Below are positions 16,685-26,666 of a DNA stretch of 64,000 bases, piece by piece. The notes under the pieces were generated by a model, which ran no database searches, had not been told where the DNA came from, and saw only the letters and a program-made list of their open reading frames with translations. Positions within the stretch are counted from its first letter, which is position 1; each line of letters opens with the position of its first letter. A program made the translations under genes and the position numbers. The stretch covers positions 1,376,001 through 1,440,000 of the forward strand of contig OZ245742.1 in assembly GCA_965227295.1 (NCBI GenBank), read 5' to 3'. Origin of the DNA: Leptonemataceae bacterium. GTDB lineage: Bacteria > Spirochaetota > Leptospiria > Leptospirales > Leptonemataceae.

Positions 16685-17641
16685 ATGTATCAACGAAACA
16701 TCCTGGTAACCGGCGGCGCCGGTTTTATCGGCTCCCATCTCTGTCGCGAACTTTTGAAACGCGGTGACTACGTCATCTGCGTAGATAACTTTTTCACCGG
16801 CCGCCGGGACAATTTGCGCGATCTCATCGGTAATCCGAACTTCGAAATCATCCGCCACGACATCGTCGAGCCGCTCTATCTCGAAGTAGACCAGGTCTAC
16901 AACCTGGCGTGCCCGGCCTCCCCGCGTCACTATCAATACAATCCCGTGAAGACCATGAAGACCTCGGTGTTGGGCACGCTGAACATGCTGGGCCTCGCCA
17001 AGCGTGTGAAGGGTCGCATCCTCCAGGCGAGCACCTCCGAGGTCTACGGCGATCCGGAGGTGCATCCGCAATCCGAAAGCTACAACGGCAACGTGAGCGT
17101 GCGGGGCATCCGCGCGTGTTACGACGAAGGCAAACGTGCCGCGGAGACCCTCTGTTACGATTACCTGCGCATGCACGAGCTGGACATTCGCGTGGTGCGG
17201 ATCTTCAACACCTACGGTCCGAACATGGAGATCGAGGATGGGCGCGTCGTCTCTAACTTCATTGTACAGGCACTTAAGAACGAAGACATCACGGTCTACG
17301 GCGACGGCTCGCAAACGCGTTCGTTTTGTTTCGTGAGCGATCTGGTCCGTGGCATCATGGGACTCATGGACTACGACAATTCGAAGGACGACTGGCACGG
17401 TCCCATGAACCTGGGCAACGACCGTGAGTTTACGATTCTGGAACTTGCCGAAAAAGTAATCGCCACCGTGGGCAGTACGAAATCGAAGGTAGTCCATAAA
17501 GATCTACCGCAAGACGATCCCGTGCGTCGGCGTCCCGATCTTTCTGTCGCCCGGGAAAAAATCTCGTTCGAACCGACCGTCCCGTTGGAAGAGGGCCTCA
17601 AAAAAACCGTGGCTTACTTCCGCGATTTGTTGAGTCGCTGA
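16685..17641 (+). CDS. UDP-glucuronate decarboxylase (UDP-xylose synthase), SDR family
   Basis: [55 protein letters not shown]. Confidence 0.93.
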   Translation: MYQRNILVTGGAGFIGSHLCRELLKRGDYVICVDNFFTGRRDNLRDLIGNPNFEIIRHDIVEPLYLEVDQVYNLACPASPRHYQYNPVKTMKTSVLGTLNMLGLAKRVKGRILQASTSEVYGDPEVHPQSESYNGNVSVRGIRACYDEGKRAAETLCYDYLRMHELDIRVVRIFNTYGPNMEIEDGRVVSNFIVQALKNEDITVYGDGSQTRSFCFVSDLVRGIMGLMDYDNSKDDWHGPMNLGNDREFTILELAEKVIATVGSTKSKVVHKDLPQDDPVRRRPDLSVAREKISFEPTVPLEEGLKKTVAYFRDLLSR

Positions 17642-17642
17642 G

Positions 17643-18605
17643 ATGAACCTTCTGGTCGTGCGTCCCGGCGCGATCGGGGACGTGATTCTCACCCTGCCCG
17701 TCGTCGCGGCCCTGCGCCGCCGCCATCCCGGGGCTCGCATTACTTTCGCGGTACGATCCGACCTCCACGAACTCCTGCGTGCCTGCGGTTACGCAGACGA
17801 AACGATTTCCAGCGATGATGCGCGCTGGGCGCCGTATCATCTGAACGCCGCGAAGTTCGCGGAGCGTAAAACGGAACCTCTGCCGTACGACGCAGCTTAC
17901 GTCTGGATGAACGACGGTGCGGATTTCGCGGCGAATCTCCGGCGTGGCGGCATTGCCCGTGTGCGATGGAATCGCGCTCGTCCGGTACCCGGAAGCAGGG
18001 ATATTAACGAACACCGGCCGGCCTCCGTGTACTTTGCCGATCTGCTGCAAGAGGATGAGGGCACGGAACCGATGGACGCGACGCCCCGGCTGGCGCTGCC
18101 CGAAGAACCCCTCAGCGGGGCCCGCGAGTTACTAACTTCTCTGAATATAAATCTAAGCCGGCCGATCCTCGCCCTGATCCCCGGTGCCGGGAGTGATGAA
18201 AAGTGCGTTTCGCCGGCCGTCTTTGCGGAGCTCGCCGGGCACTGGATTTCCATCGCTCCCCGGGGAGCCGTGCTGATCATCGAGGGGCCGCGTGAGCGGG
18301 AGCAGAGCCGTCGAGAGATTTCGGCCGTGGCGGATATGGTGGACGGCTCCGTGCATCTGCTGCAACCGTCCCTGTTAGAACTCGCCGCCGTGCTTTCGCA
18401 TGTACAGGCCTGCGTGGCGAACGACAGCGGGCCCGCTCACATCGCCGCCGCTTTGCCCGGTGTGCGCACTTTCGTGCTCTTTCAGGCCGGTGAACCGCAG
18501 ATCTGGGCGCCTCTGGACTCGCAAATGATCGATTTGCGCCGGGAAGGTGCGGACGGCCTGTCGCGATTGCGTCGTATTCTCGCGGAAGTCGCCGAATTTG
18601 CTTGA
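17643..18605 (+). CDS. Glycosyltransferase family 9 (heptosyltransferase-like)
   Basis: RPGAIGDVILTLP, PGAG, ANDSGPAHIAAAL. Confidence 0.9.
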   Translation: MNLLVVRPGAIGDVILTLPVVAALRRRHPGARITFAVRSDLHELLRACGYADETISSDDARWAPYHLNAAKFAERKTEPLPYDAAYVWMNDGADFAANLRRGGIARVRWNRARPVPGSRDINEHRPASVYFADLLQEDEGTEPMDATPRLALPEEPLSGARELLTSLNINLSRPILALIPGAGSDEKCVSPAVFAELAGHWISIAPRGAVLIIEGPREREQSRREISAVADMVDGSVHLLQPSLLELAAVLSHVQACVANDSGPAHIAAALPGVRTFVLFQAGEPQIWAPLDSQMIDLRREGADGLSRLRRILAEVAEFA

Positions 18606-18734
18606 TGGATCGCGGAGCCAGGTCAAACTAAGGTACGCGATGAAGACGCGACGTAAGTATATTCAGCGCGACCGACTTTGAGAAGAAATCACTAATCATT
18701 TATAGATAGAACTTAACGATTTTCGGAGCATCAT

Positions 18735-19013
18735 TTGCAGGTTGAGATAAAAGATCAGCGCGCCATATTTCATTTTCAGGCCCCCGCGGCCTTTGAAGTG
18801 GACGAAGCCGCCTTCGACCTTCCGCCTTCCCAGGACATCACCGAGATTGTCCTGGACTTCGAAGATGTTAAGATCGTCAGCTCGCTTGTGATTTCGAAAA
18901 TCATCGTTTTGCTGGACCGCCATCGCAAATGCGACGTGCGCTTCGAAAATCTGGGCCCGGAGCTGAAAAATCTCTTTCGCCGCGCCGGCTTCGGAGCGCA
19001 CATACGCATGTGA
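18735..19013 (+). CDS. Small STAS-like protein
   Basis: IVLDFEDVKIVSSLVISKI and LKNLFRRAGF resemble a STAS fold. TTG start. Confidence 0.65.
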   Translation: MQVEIKDQRAIFHFQAPAAFEVDEAAFDLPPSQDITEIVLDFEDVKIVSSLVISKIIVLLDRHRKCDVRFENLGPELKNLFRRAGFGAHIRM

Positions 19014-20803
19014 ACGTTTCGCGGCAACTTGCTCTGGCCGGCCTGCTCCTGTGGCAGATCGCTCTCGACTTTCTCCCGGAGCGCGGCCTCATCGGCGAGA
19101 TCGAACGCATCATTCTCTTTTCCGTTTTCGTTCTCATTCCCATGCAGTTGGACCTCAGCGTCCGGCATCCCGCCGACCGCGGCGGCCCTCAGCTCTGGTT
19201 TGCCTGGGCCCGGCGCTTGTATGTGCCGGCGGCACTGCTGCTCCTGGTCTCGCTCCAGCTCGATACGGGTGTGCCGGCACTGCTTGCAGCTTTGCCCTGG
19301 CTGTTGTTCTCACTTTGCTGCGCTCTGGCCGGTCTTCTTCGTCTGAGCGGTCGTGGGATCTACCCTGTCGCCGAAACCGCTCACGACTTCGGTTGGATCT
19401 TCTTTCCCGTGGGAGCGGTGTGGCTCGGCGCCCATCGCCTGGGCTACGAGCTCCTGGAATTCCCGGGCCTTGTTGTCCTGCTCACCGCGGCCCACTTTCA
19501 TTTCGCGGGCCTCGCCGCGCCCTGGATTGCAGGCGCGGCCGGGCGATTGATTGAGTATGATCCTAACAGTAAATCAAATGATATTAGCCGGAAATTCTAT
19601 CGGATCGCCGCGACGTTGATCGTAGTCGGGATTCCACTGACCGCGGCGGGCATTGCCGTGGCCCCGGTGCTGGAGCTGTTCGCCGCGGTCGCGTTGTCCC
19701 TTGGCCTCGCGATCCTGGCCGTGTTGTTGATCGTCCGGGTGGCCCCGCGTTCGCCCGGCAGGATGCGGGAAATCGGACTGCACTTCCCCGTCACCTGGTT
19801 GCCGGCAATATATCTGGTGCTGGCCGGGTTATGCGTTTTGTATTCCATGGTCTATGCCGTGCACTTCGCTACCGGTGAGTTCTTCGGCGTTACGAAGACT
19901 CTGGCCGGCGGCGGGCCGGCGGCGGACGTGCTTACCATGGTGCGTCGTCACGGTTGGGTGAATGCCCTCGGCTTTGCAGGCCTCGGCGTTGCGGCGATGT
20001 ATGCGCTGCAGCCGCCCTCCCGGTCTTTTCCATCGGGCCTGCCTTTCAGCCGACTCGTAAGCCGCGGTCGGGTGGGCCGGGATTTCTTCGAGCGCCACGA
20101 CCTGGTTCGCGACGATGTCGAAGTCAATCTCCGCGGCCTCACCGACGATCTTTTAAGTTACGATCGCCGGGACTTTAGCGCCGCTCGTCTACCCGCATTG
20201 CTTCGCCGCTTCTACGAGGATACGGCGAACTTTCGCATGATCGTCCGGCCGCGCTGGGTCTCCGCGTTCCGATTACCGGCGGCGCTTTACAAGGCCTGGT
20301 TCTCCGGGCGCATCGAACAAATGAACTTTCCCCTCGTGCCGGAGAGCGGCGAGGAGCGGATCACCAGCCGCATTCTTCCGCTGCGCTCCGAAGCGGACGG
20401 GCGTGAGAACGTGCGGGCCTGGGTCCGTCACTACACGGACACCGGCAAAGCCGTCTATGCGGCCGCGTACTCGCAGCATACGTATCGCGGGCGCACGTTT
20501 ATGAACATTGCGTTTCCATTGCCCGGCGGCAATCTTACAAGCGTACTGCGGCTCTACGAGTACGATCAAGAGGGAGTTCCCGCCCTCGCTCTGACGTCGC
20601 TGCCGGACGAAGCGGGCCCCGGCGACGAGGGCGTCTACTTCGTGCTGAACGCGGGCCGGCTGCAATTGCCGTTGCGTCTGCCGATCAACGAAACGATCCG
20701 TGTGTGGCAGGTCACCGGGGCGGAACGTCTGCTGGCCGAACACGACATGTGGATTTTCGGATTTCGCTGTCTCACGCTGGAGTACGAGATGGAGCCCGCC
20801 TGA
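19010..20803 (+). CDS. YndJ-like membrane protein with a soluble C-terminal domain
   Basis: LLTAAHFHFAG, MVRRHGWVNALGF, then RFYEDT...MNIAFPLPGGNLT. GTG 19010 overlaps the upstream stop. Confidence 0.8.
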   Translation: MNVSRQLALAGLLLWQIALDFLPERGLIGEIERIILFSVFVLIPMQLDLSVRHPADRGGPQLWFAWARRLYVPAALLLLVSLQLDTGVPALLAALPWLLFSLCCALAGLLRLSGRGIYPVAETAHDFGWIFFPVGAVWLGAHRLGYELLEFPGLVVLLTAAHFHFAGLAAPWIAGAAGRLIEYDPNSKSNDISRKFYRIAATLIVVGIPLTAAGIAVAPVLELFAAVALSLGLAILAVLLIVRVAPRSPGRMREIGLHFPVTWLPAIYLVLAGLCVLYSMVYAVHFATGEFFGVTKTLAGGGPAADVLTMVRRHGWVNALGFAGLGVAAMYALQPPSRSFPSGLPFSRLVSRGRVGRDFFERHDLVRDDVEVNLRGLTDDLLSYDRRDFSAARLPALLRRFYEDTANFRMIVRPRWVSAFRLPAALYKAWFSGRIEQMNFPLVPESGEERITSRILPLRSEADGRENVRAWVRHYTDTGKAVYAAAYSQHTYRGRTFMNIAFPLPGGNLTSVLRLYEYDQEGVPALALTSLPDEAGPGDEGVYFVLNAGRLQLPLRLPINETIRVWQVTGAERLLAEHDMWIFGFRCLTLEYEMEPA

Positions 20804-20818
20804 GAGACGCGAGGCCGT

Positions 20819-21757
20819 TCAATCCGCAAAGGGTGAATAGTGAACGAAGCCTTCGCCGATCACACCCTGTTCCGCCAGTTCGCGCAGGCGATCTTCATCG
20901 TGGGCCGGAAGAATCAGCAACTTCGCATGCTGCCGATGTAAGTCATGCAACGTTCGAATCAATCGCGCCGCATACTCGCCGCTCACGTCGCGGCCGAAGT
21001 ACGCCAGACGATTCCGGCTGCGCCCGCTTTCGATTTGACGCATCGTTAACTGAGGCTCACCGCAGATTAGTAACTCGGAGCCGTTTCGCAAACTGACGAA
21101 CACCCACTGGGCCCCGTGCACTTCTCCCTGGACCTGGGCAAAGACGAGGCCCGGGGCCGCGCGGTGGAGTCCCGGCCGCCCGGATTCTGCCATCACCACC
21201 GGGAGCATGGCTTCGAGTACGGCCGGTGGAAACTTTGCCGCTTTGATCAGCGGGCTGCGCATTTGCCTGCGGCTGAGTTGCACGCGGTCGTGCACGGCGT
21301 AGAGATCTTCCGAACGCGACAGGCCGCCGGTATGCAATGCCCGGGCATCCGAAAAATACACCGCGTCCGATCGGAGCAGTTCATTTCTCCAGCGCGCGGC
21401 GCGATCTTCGAAGAACGTGCCGTTCGTTTCCAGGTCGGCGAACAGGCGGGCTTCGGGAGGCGCGTTTACCAGGATGTTGCGATAGATGTTGTCGCCCGCG
21501 GCGTACTCGTACGCGATTTGAAACGAAACGTACGCGCCGGCCTCGCCCGTGGCAACGGTGAGGAACCGCAACTGCGACGGAAGTTCGTCCGGCTCCGCGG
21601 CTGCGGCGGACCGCATGGCTTCGAGACCGGGATGTTCCAGGCCGCTTTCCGGTACGGGAAGCGGAACAAGAAGATAACGGCGATGAAAAGCCGTCGCCCC
21701 GCTCAGTACGGCCGCGATCGCGAGTACTACGATCAGCCGGTCAAGGACCGCGTTCAT
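20819..21757 (-). CDS. Degenerate metallo-beta-lactamase-fold protein
   Basis: Collinear with 52498-53412 (SFQIxY, GGxxxS, AHD) but HxHxDH is replaced by DARALH. Confidence 0.65.
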   Translation of the reverse strand: MNAVLDRLIVVLAIAAVLSGATAFHRRYLLVPLPVPESGLEHPGLEAMRSAAAAEPDELPSQLRFLTVATGEAGAYVSFQIAYEYAAGDNIYRNILVNAPPEARLFADLETNGTFFEDRAARWRNELLRSDAVYFSDARALHTGGLSRSEDLYAVHDRVQLSRRQMRSPLIKAAKFPPAVLEAMLPVVMAESGRPGLHRAAPGLVFAQVQGEVHGAQWVFVSLRNGSELLICGEPQLTMRQIESGRSRNRLAYFGRDVSGEYAARLIRTLHDLHRQHAKLLILPAHDEDRLRELAEQGVIGEGFVHYSPFAD

Positions 21758-23139
21758 TGTTCTAAAAGTTCACCGGCCCGGCGGCTGAGATGTTTCAACT
21801 CCCGGGCGTCCTGAGCCTGGGCGATCAGGCGCAGGATGGGTTCGGTGTTGCTTGCGCGCACGTGCATCCAGGCCGCCCCATCTTGCAGAACGAAGTGCAG
21901 TCCGTCGCGCCGGTCGATGACGGCGGGCACGAACCCTTTTTCGAGGCGACTGAGAACATCGTCCAGGGAGCGTTCGAGGCTGAACTTCGTCTTCAACATA
22001 TGCAGCGCGGGGAGGGTGGCCAGCAAATCGTCGAGGTTCTTTGCGTTGCGGTCCGCCATGGCTGCTAAGATCAGTCCCGCGCCGATTAAGGAGTCCCGCC
22101 CGAAAGACGGCACACCGGGATGGATGACGCCCCCGTTGCCTTCGCCGCCGAAGACGGCTTTGTGTTTTTGCATCATGGCCACGACGTTGGCCTCACCCAC
22201 CGGCGCGCGCATCACCCGCAGGCCGAGTTGATCCGCCGCGGCGTCGATCATCGTGGACGTCGAAAGATTCACGACGACCACCGAGTTCTTTTTAAGTTTC
22301 GTCTTTACCGCGAGACCGAAGAGGGCCAGGGGCAGCGTGTACTCCTCGTGCACCGCGCCCCGGCCGGGACTGCCGGTGACCAGGCGATCGGCGTCCGGAT
22401 CGAGGGCGAAGCCGGCGGCGGCCTTCTCGGACTGAACCAGGTGACCGAATTCCTTCAGGGCCGCGGGTGTGGGCTCCGGCGGTCGCGGGAACGTTCCCCC
22501 GGGTACGGCATCGCAATAGAGCCGGGTGACCTTACAACCGAGTTCTTCCAGCAACGCCGGCAGGGCTTCGCGTCCTGCCCCGCCCGCCGCATCCACCACC
22601 ACACGAAACTTGCGTTTGCGAATCGCCGCGACGTTCGGCAGGGCCTTGATGACGGCCTGGATGTGATCGGCGCTGCCGTCGACGTTGCGCACGGTGCCGA
22701 ATTTCTTAACATCCGCTGTGTTATAGTTACCGGCGCGGATTGCGGCGAGTAATGCGTCGTTTTCTTTTTTGCCGAAGAAGAAGCCGCCTTTGCGCAGAAA
22801 CTTAAAGCCGTTCCATGCAATGGGGTTGTGCGAGGCCGAAACGACCACCCCGGCATCGCCGTGCAGGGCGACGGCGGCTTTCACCGTCGGCGTAGGAGCG
22901 AGGCCGATGTCGAGGACGTCCTTGCCCGCGGCGAGCAACGCGCCGGTAAAGATCTGCTGCAACGCCGGTCCGGTGGGCCGTGAATCACGCCCGATGACCA
23001 CGGTCTTGCCTTTGACGCTCGCGGCGAAAGCCCTGGCAAATTCGAGGGTGTTGTGAGGATCGAGGCCCGCGGGAATTGTCCCGCGGACGCCCGACACGGA
23101 GACGATCAGGTCTTTGCCGCGCTGGATGGGATCTTGCAT
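21754..23139 (-). CDS. Phosphohexomutase (phosphoglucosamine mutase/PMM family)
   Basis: SVSGVRG, SASHNP, DPDADR, GGEGNGG, RASNTEP. Confidence 0.92.
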   Translation of the reverse strand: MQDPIQRGKDLIVSVSGVRGTIPAGLDPHNTLEFARAFAASVKGKTVVIGRDSRPTGPALQQIFTGALLAAGKDVLDIGLAPTPTVKAAVALHGDAGVVVSASHNPIAWNGFKFLRKGGFFFGKKENDALLAAIRAGNYNTADVKKFGTVRNVDGSADHIQAVIKALPNVAAIRKRKFRVVVDAAGGAGREALPALLEELGCKVTRLYCDAVPGGTFPRPPEPTPAALKEFGHLVQSEKAAAGFALDPDADRLVTGSPGRGAVHEEYTLPLALFGLAVKTKLKKNSVVVVNLSTSTMIDAAADQLGLRVMRAPVGEANVVAMMQKHKAVFGGEGNGGVIHPGVPSFGRDSLIGAGLILAAMADRNAKNLDDLLATLPALHMLKTKFSLERSLDDVLSRLEKGFVPAVIDRRDGLHFVLQDGAAWMHVRASNTEPILRLIAQAQDARELKHLSRRAGELLEQ

Positions 23140-23165
23140 GTAAGTTGTAGTACCTGTATGGGACG

Positions 23166-23690
23166 TCACTGGATCGAATATGTCGCCGTGACGATGAGCT
23201 GCTGGTCTTCCTCGATGACGTAGTCCAGACGGGACTGTCCTTCGTAGACGATGCGTGGAAGACCGAGGCCGCTTTCTTTGCTGTGTGGGTCGCGGTCTGC
23301 AACTTCAAGCATCTTTTGGATGTAGGCCTCGCGCGGGTCGCCGTGTTCCTGCAACCAGTCGAGGGTCTGCCGAAAACGTTGCAGGTGTTTGTTGTCGCCG
23401 GATGGCAGAGGGCAGGTTACAATCACCAGGATTTCGTGGGGATAGACATCCAGCGTTACTTCAATGCGTCCGAAGCCGCCCGTCGGATAGAAGCCGTACT
23501 TCACGGCGTTTTCACAGAGTTCGCTGGCCACCATGCCCAGGGATTGCACGGTCTCTTCCGGATGGCCCTGGCGGGTAAGGAAGTCCATGACCCGGCCGCG
23601 AACCAGTTCCACTTCTTCCCAGCGCGGGGGGATGCAAAGATTCAGAGTCTCAGGATGCGAGGAGGAGCCGGGCGTGGTGGGCTGTTGCAT
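23166..23690 (-). CDS. HATPase-domain protein (RsbW-like anti-sigma/Ser kinase)
   Basis: SELCENAVKYG N-box, SGLGLPRI G2 box. Confidence 0.8.
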   Translation of the reverse strand: MQQPTTPGSSSHPETLNLCIPPRWEEVELVRGRVMDFLTRQGHPEETVQSLGMVASELCENAVKYGFYPTGGFGRIEVTLDVYPHEILVIVTCPLPSGDNKHLQRFRQTLDWLQEHGDPREAYIQKMLEVADRDPHSKESGLGLPRIVYEGQSRLDYVIEEDQQLIVTATYSIQ

Positions 23691-23884
23691 GGGTTTCTTC
23701 ACGGCGGCTCAAGGTGGGCTGTCAAAGCTATGGATTCGTATGAAAACGCAGATAATTCGAGTAATACAGCTTCCTTTCGTGCGTACGTAAAGAAAGATTT
23801 GGACCTGTCCTGGATTTTACTCGACCGATCGGCCGTGCTAAAAATCCTGTGCATTCGCCGTTTTTACCGGTTCCGGTAATTTCT

Positions 23885-23968
23885 GCGCGGATGGTGGAAT
23901 TGGTAGACACGCTAGCTTGAGGGGCTAGTGGCAGCAATGCTGTGGGGGTTCAAGTCCCCCTCCGCGCA
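23885..23968 (+). tRNA. tRNA-Leu(GAG), CCA not encoded
   Basis: Acceptor GCGCGGA/TCCGCGC, D-loop TGGTAGAC, anticodon stem CTAGC/GCTAG with loop TTGAGGG, long variable arm, T-loop GTTCAAGTC. Confidence 0.97.
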
Positions 23969-23977
23969 CAGATCTCC

Positions 23978-25375
23978 ATGCAGGCGAACCCTCGCGTATT
24001 CCGTATTGTCGAGGCTGGTGAGCGCCTCGTCGTAGATCTTCCCCTGGCCCGCAATCCCGAGGCCTTTCGAAAACATACCGGAGTGCTTCCGGACTCTCTC
24101 CGATACGAACTCGGCTTCCTGCGGCAGGGTGTGCTGAGCGTTGTGCTCGCAGGCGATGTCGTGGACTGTGGCTTCACCGCGGATCTCCGGGATCGCGAGG
24201 GCGGCGTCTACCTGGTTTCGATGATCGGGCAAACCACAGGTGGCGAAGATGTCCTCTTCTGGAAACAACACGTCTTCATCCAGCCGCGGCTCCGGCGTTC
24301 GGCCGAACACATTCACGAACTCGCGATCCGTCACGCGCCGGCTTTTCTGTTCAGTCGCGGCGAAGAGTACTTCCCGCTTTCGCTAAGTTATCTTCTGGAG
24401 AATCCCGTACTGACGGCGGAAGGCGCCGGGGAACAGGGCGTCGATACGCCGCGCGGCCGGCTCAAAGTTCCCGCCGCTGAACTGGCAGAGTTCCTGCGGT
24501 ACAACGGCCACGCGGACTATTTGTTAAACCAATCCTTCTTAAGTTTTGATGAAAGCGTGTTTAGAGAAATCCGCGGCAGCTTTCGGCGATCGGTCATTTA
24601 CTACTCGTACCTCGAAGACCGCGACAACGATCGCTTTTACATCAACTATCACACCTTCTACGCCTACGATCCCAAGACGGGCATCGCGAAGATGCTGAAC
24701 ATCGGTCCCCACGTCTTCGATCGCGAGAGCATGACCATCGCCTTCAACGGCGACGAAGAACCCATGGACCTCATTCTCTCCGGGCACCTCGAAAATCAGC
24801 CGATCCTCTTTCTCGACAAACTCAAGATCTGGAACACGGCCCGGGTGCGAGTGAAATTCGCCGATCGTCATACCCCGATGGTGCACGGCCATCCCATCGT
24901 GCCGGTGGCCGAGGGATCTCACGCCCTCTATCCGTCCGCCGGCATGTACCACATTTCAGTACTCACGGAGATTGCCGGCCACATCTTTCGCCGGATTTTG
25001 AAAATCGACAACGAGACCGACGACAGCGAAGAGCCGCCGGGCATGGCCGAACATCAGGTGTTGCTGCCGCCGACATTGACCTCGGAACGTTTCGCGAACT
25101 ACGAACTGCGGCCGCTGCGCCTGGATCTTTTGCGCAGCGATCCGTTGCCGGTGTCGGAGTTGTATGACCCGGCCACGGCGGTGCTTGTATTCAGCGGTTA
25201 CTGGGTGGATGTGCCCGGTCTGCGAAACGAAAGATTTCCTCCGTTCTCCCGGCGTGAACAGGACATCGAAGACTGGGTGGACGGCGCATACAACTGGGAA
25301 TGGAAAGACCTGCCTGCCAATGTAAAAGAGCACAACCAGGCGATCGCCGATTACATTGCCGGCAGCCTGGATTAG
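23978..25375 (+). CDS. Hypothetical protein with a Vps62-like domain
   Basis: ATG 23978 (the ORF-track start lies inside the tRNA). HAPAFLFSRGEEYFP, YHTFYAYD, GPHVFDRE, HPIVPVAEGSHALY. Confidence 0.65.
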   Translation: MQANPRVFRIVEAGERLVVDLPLARNPEAFRKHTGVLPDSLRYELGFLRQGVLSVVLAGDVVDCGFTADLRDREGGVYLVSMIGQTTGGEDVLFWKQHVFIQPRLRRSAEHIHELAIRHAPAFLFSRGEEYFPLSLSYLLENPVLTAEGAGEQGVDTPRGRLKVPAAELAEFLRYNGHADYLLNQSFLSFDESVFREIRGSFRRSVIYYSYLEDRDNDRFYINYHTFYAYDPKTGIAKMLNIGPHVFDRESMTIAFNGDEEPMDLILSGHLENQPILFLDKLKIWNTARVRVKFADRHTPMVHGHPIVPVAEGSHALYPSAGMYHISVLTEIAGHIFRRILKIDNETDDSEEPPGMAEHQVLLPPTLTSERFANYELRPLRLDLLRSDPLPVSELYDPATAVLVFSGYWVDVPGLRNERFPPFSRREQDIEDWVDGAYNWEWKDLPANVKEHNQAIADYIAGSLD

Positions 25376-25423
25376 GCTGCACGGCGCAAACAGCGGGCAA
25401 GTGTATTTCAATATCCTTGCAAA

Positions 25424-26665
25424 TTAATCCAGGCGTCGCACCGGAAAACCCGCCGCTCGAATCTTTTCAACGATCTCGCGCATTTGTTGTTCGTCGCGCG
25501 TTTCCAGGGCCACGTCCAGGTCCGCGTGTTTGACCGCGGTTTCGGCGAAGAGTCGCTGGTGTGTGACGTCGATGATGTTGCCGCCGCCTTCGGCGATGAG
25601 CGTCGCGATGTCCGCGAGGGCGCCGGGGGCGTCGGCGATTTCCATGCGCAGGCGAGCGATGCGTCCTTCGCGTACCAGATCGCGCATAAGCACGGCCGCG
25701 AGTAAACGCGCATCGATGTTGCCGCCGCAAATCACGAGACCGATCTTCTTGCCGCGATAGACGCCGTCGTCCATCCGTGCCAGGAGTTCCGCAAGCCCCG
25801 CGGCGCCGGCGCCCTCGGCCACAGTCTTCTCCACGTTAATGAGCAGTGCCACGGCGCGTTCCAGTTGTACCTCATTGACCAGGCTCACTCGTTTCACCAG
25901 TTCCGTACAGATCCTTTGCGTGAGTTTGCCGACGTTTTTGACCGCGATGCCCTCGGCGATACTTGCCGTGCGACGTATGTCCGGCGGCGCGGCGGCCTGC
26001 CCGTAAAAACTGGCGTACATCGAAGGATACAGTTCGGCCTCTACGCCGATTACTTCCGTTGCCGGCCGTAGTTGTTGCGCCGCCACGGCCATCCCCGCGA
26101 TCAGGCCGCCGCCGCCCACCGGTACCAATAGAACGTCCAGGTCCGGAACATCCTCGAACATTTCCAGGGCGATCGTGCCCTGACCGGCCATGACCAGGGG
26201 ATCGTCGTAAGGATGAATGAACGTAAGTTTGCCCTCTTGTTGCAATTCGCGGGCGCGCTCCGCGGCCTCGTCGACATCTTTGCCGGAGAGCACGATTTTT
26301 GCGCCGAGGACCTGCGTCTGGCGGACCTTTACGAACGGAGTTGGCTCGGGCATGACGATCGTCGCCGGGATGCCGAGTCGTGCTGCATGATAGGCCACAC
26401 CCTGCGCGTGATTGCCCGCGGACATGGCGATTACGCCGCGGCGGCGCAGACTTTCGTCGAGGCTCAAGAGTTTGTTCAGGGCCCCGCGTTCCTTAAACGA
26501 AGCTGTAAACTGAAAGTTCTCGAACTTTAAGAAAACCTCGGCATCGCAAAGGCGCGAAAGCGTAACCGACCGTGTGAACGGTGTGCGCATCACCGCGCCG
26601 CGGATGTTCTCCGCGGCCGCGCGTACGTCTTCGAAAGAGATGGGCAGTGGGTTCGCGTTGCTCAT
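25424..26665 (-). CDS. ilvA: Threonine ammonia-lyase with C-terminal ACT domain
   Basis: KFENFQFTASFKERGA (PLP Lys), SAGNHAQG, PVGGGGL, CGGNID, ACT domain DAPGALA. Confidence 0.9.
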   Translation of the reverse strand: MSNANPLPISFEDVRAAAENIRGAVMRTPFTRSVTLSRLCDAEVFLKFENFQFTASFKERGALNKLLSLDESLRRRGVIAMSAGNHAQGVAYHAARLGIPATIVMPEPTPFVKVRQTQVLGAKIVLSGKDVDEAAERARELQQEGKLTFIHPYDDPLVMAGQGTIALEMFEDVPDLDVLLVPVGGGGLIAGMAVAAQQLRPATEVIGVEAELYPSMYASFYGQAAAPPDIRRTASIAEGIAVKNVGKLTQRICTELVKRVSLVNEVQLERAVALLINVEKTVAEGAGAAGLAELLARMDDGVYRGKKIGLVICGGNIDARLLAAVLMRDLVREGRIARLRMEIADAPGALADIATLIAEGGGNIIDVTHQRLFAETAVKHADLDVALETRDEQQMREIVEKIRAAGFPVRRLD

Positions 26666-26666
26666 G

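Noticed and set aside
23885-23968. tRNA-Leu as an integration site for a genomic island or prophage
   Set aside because: No integrase nearby, and I saw no duplicated tRNA 3' end in the window.
23942-23977. ORF-track start at 23942
   Set aside because: Falls inside the tRNA T-arm; ATG 23978 is the plausible start.
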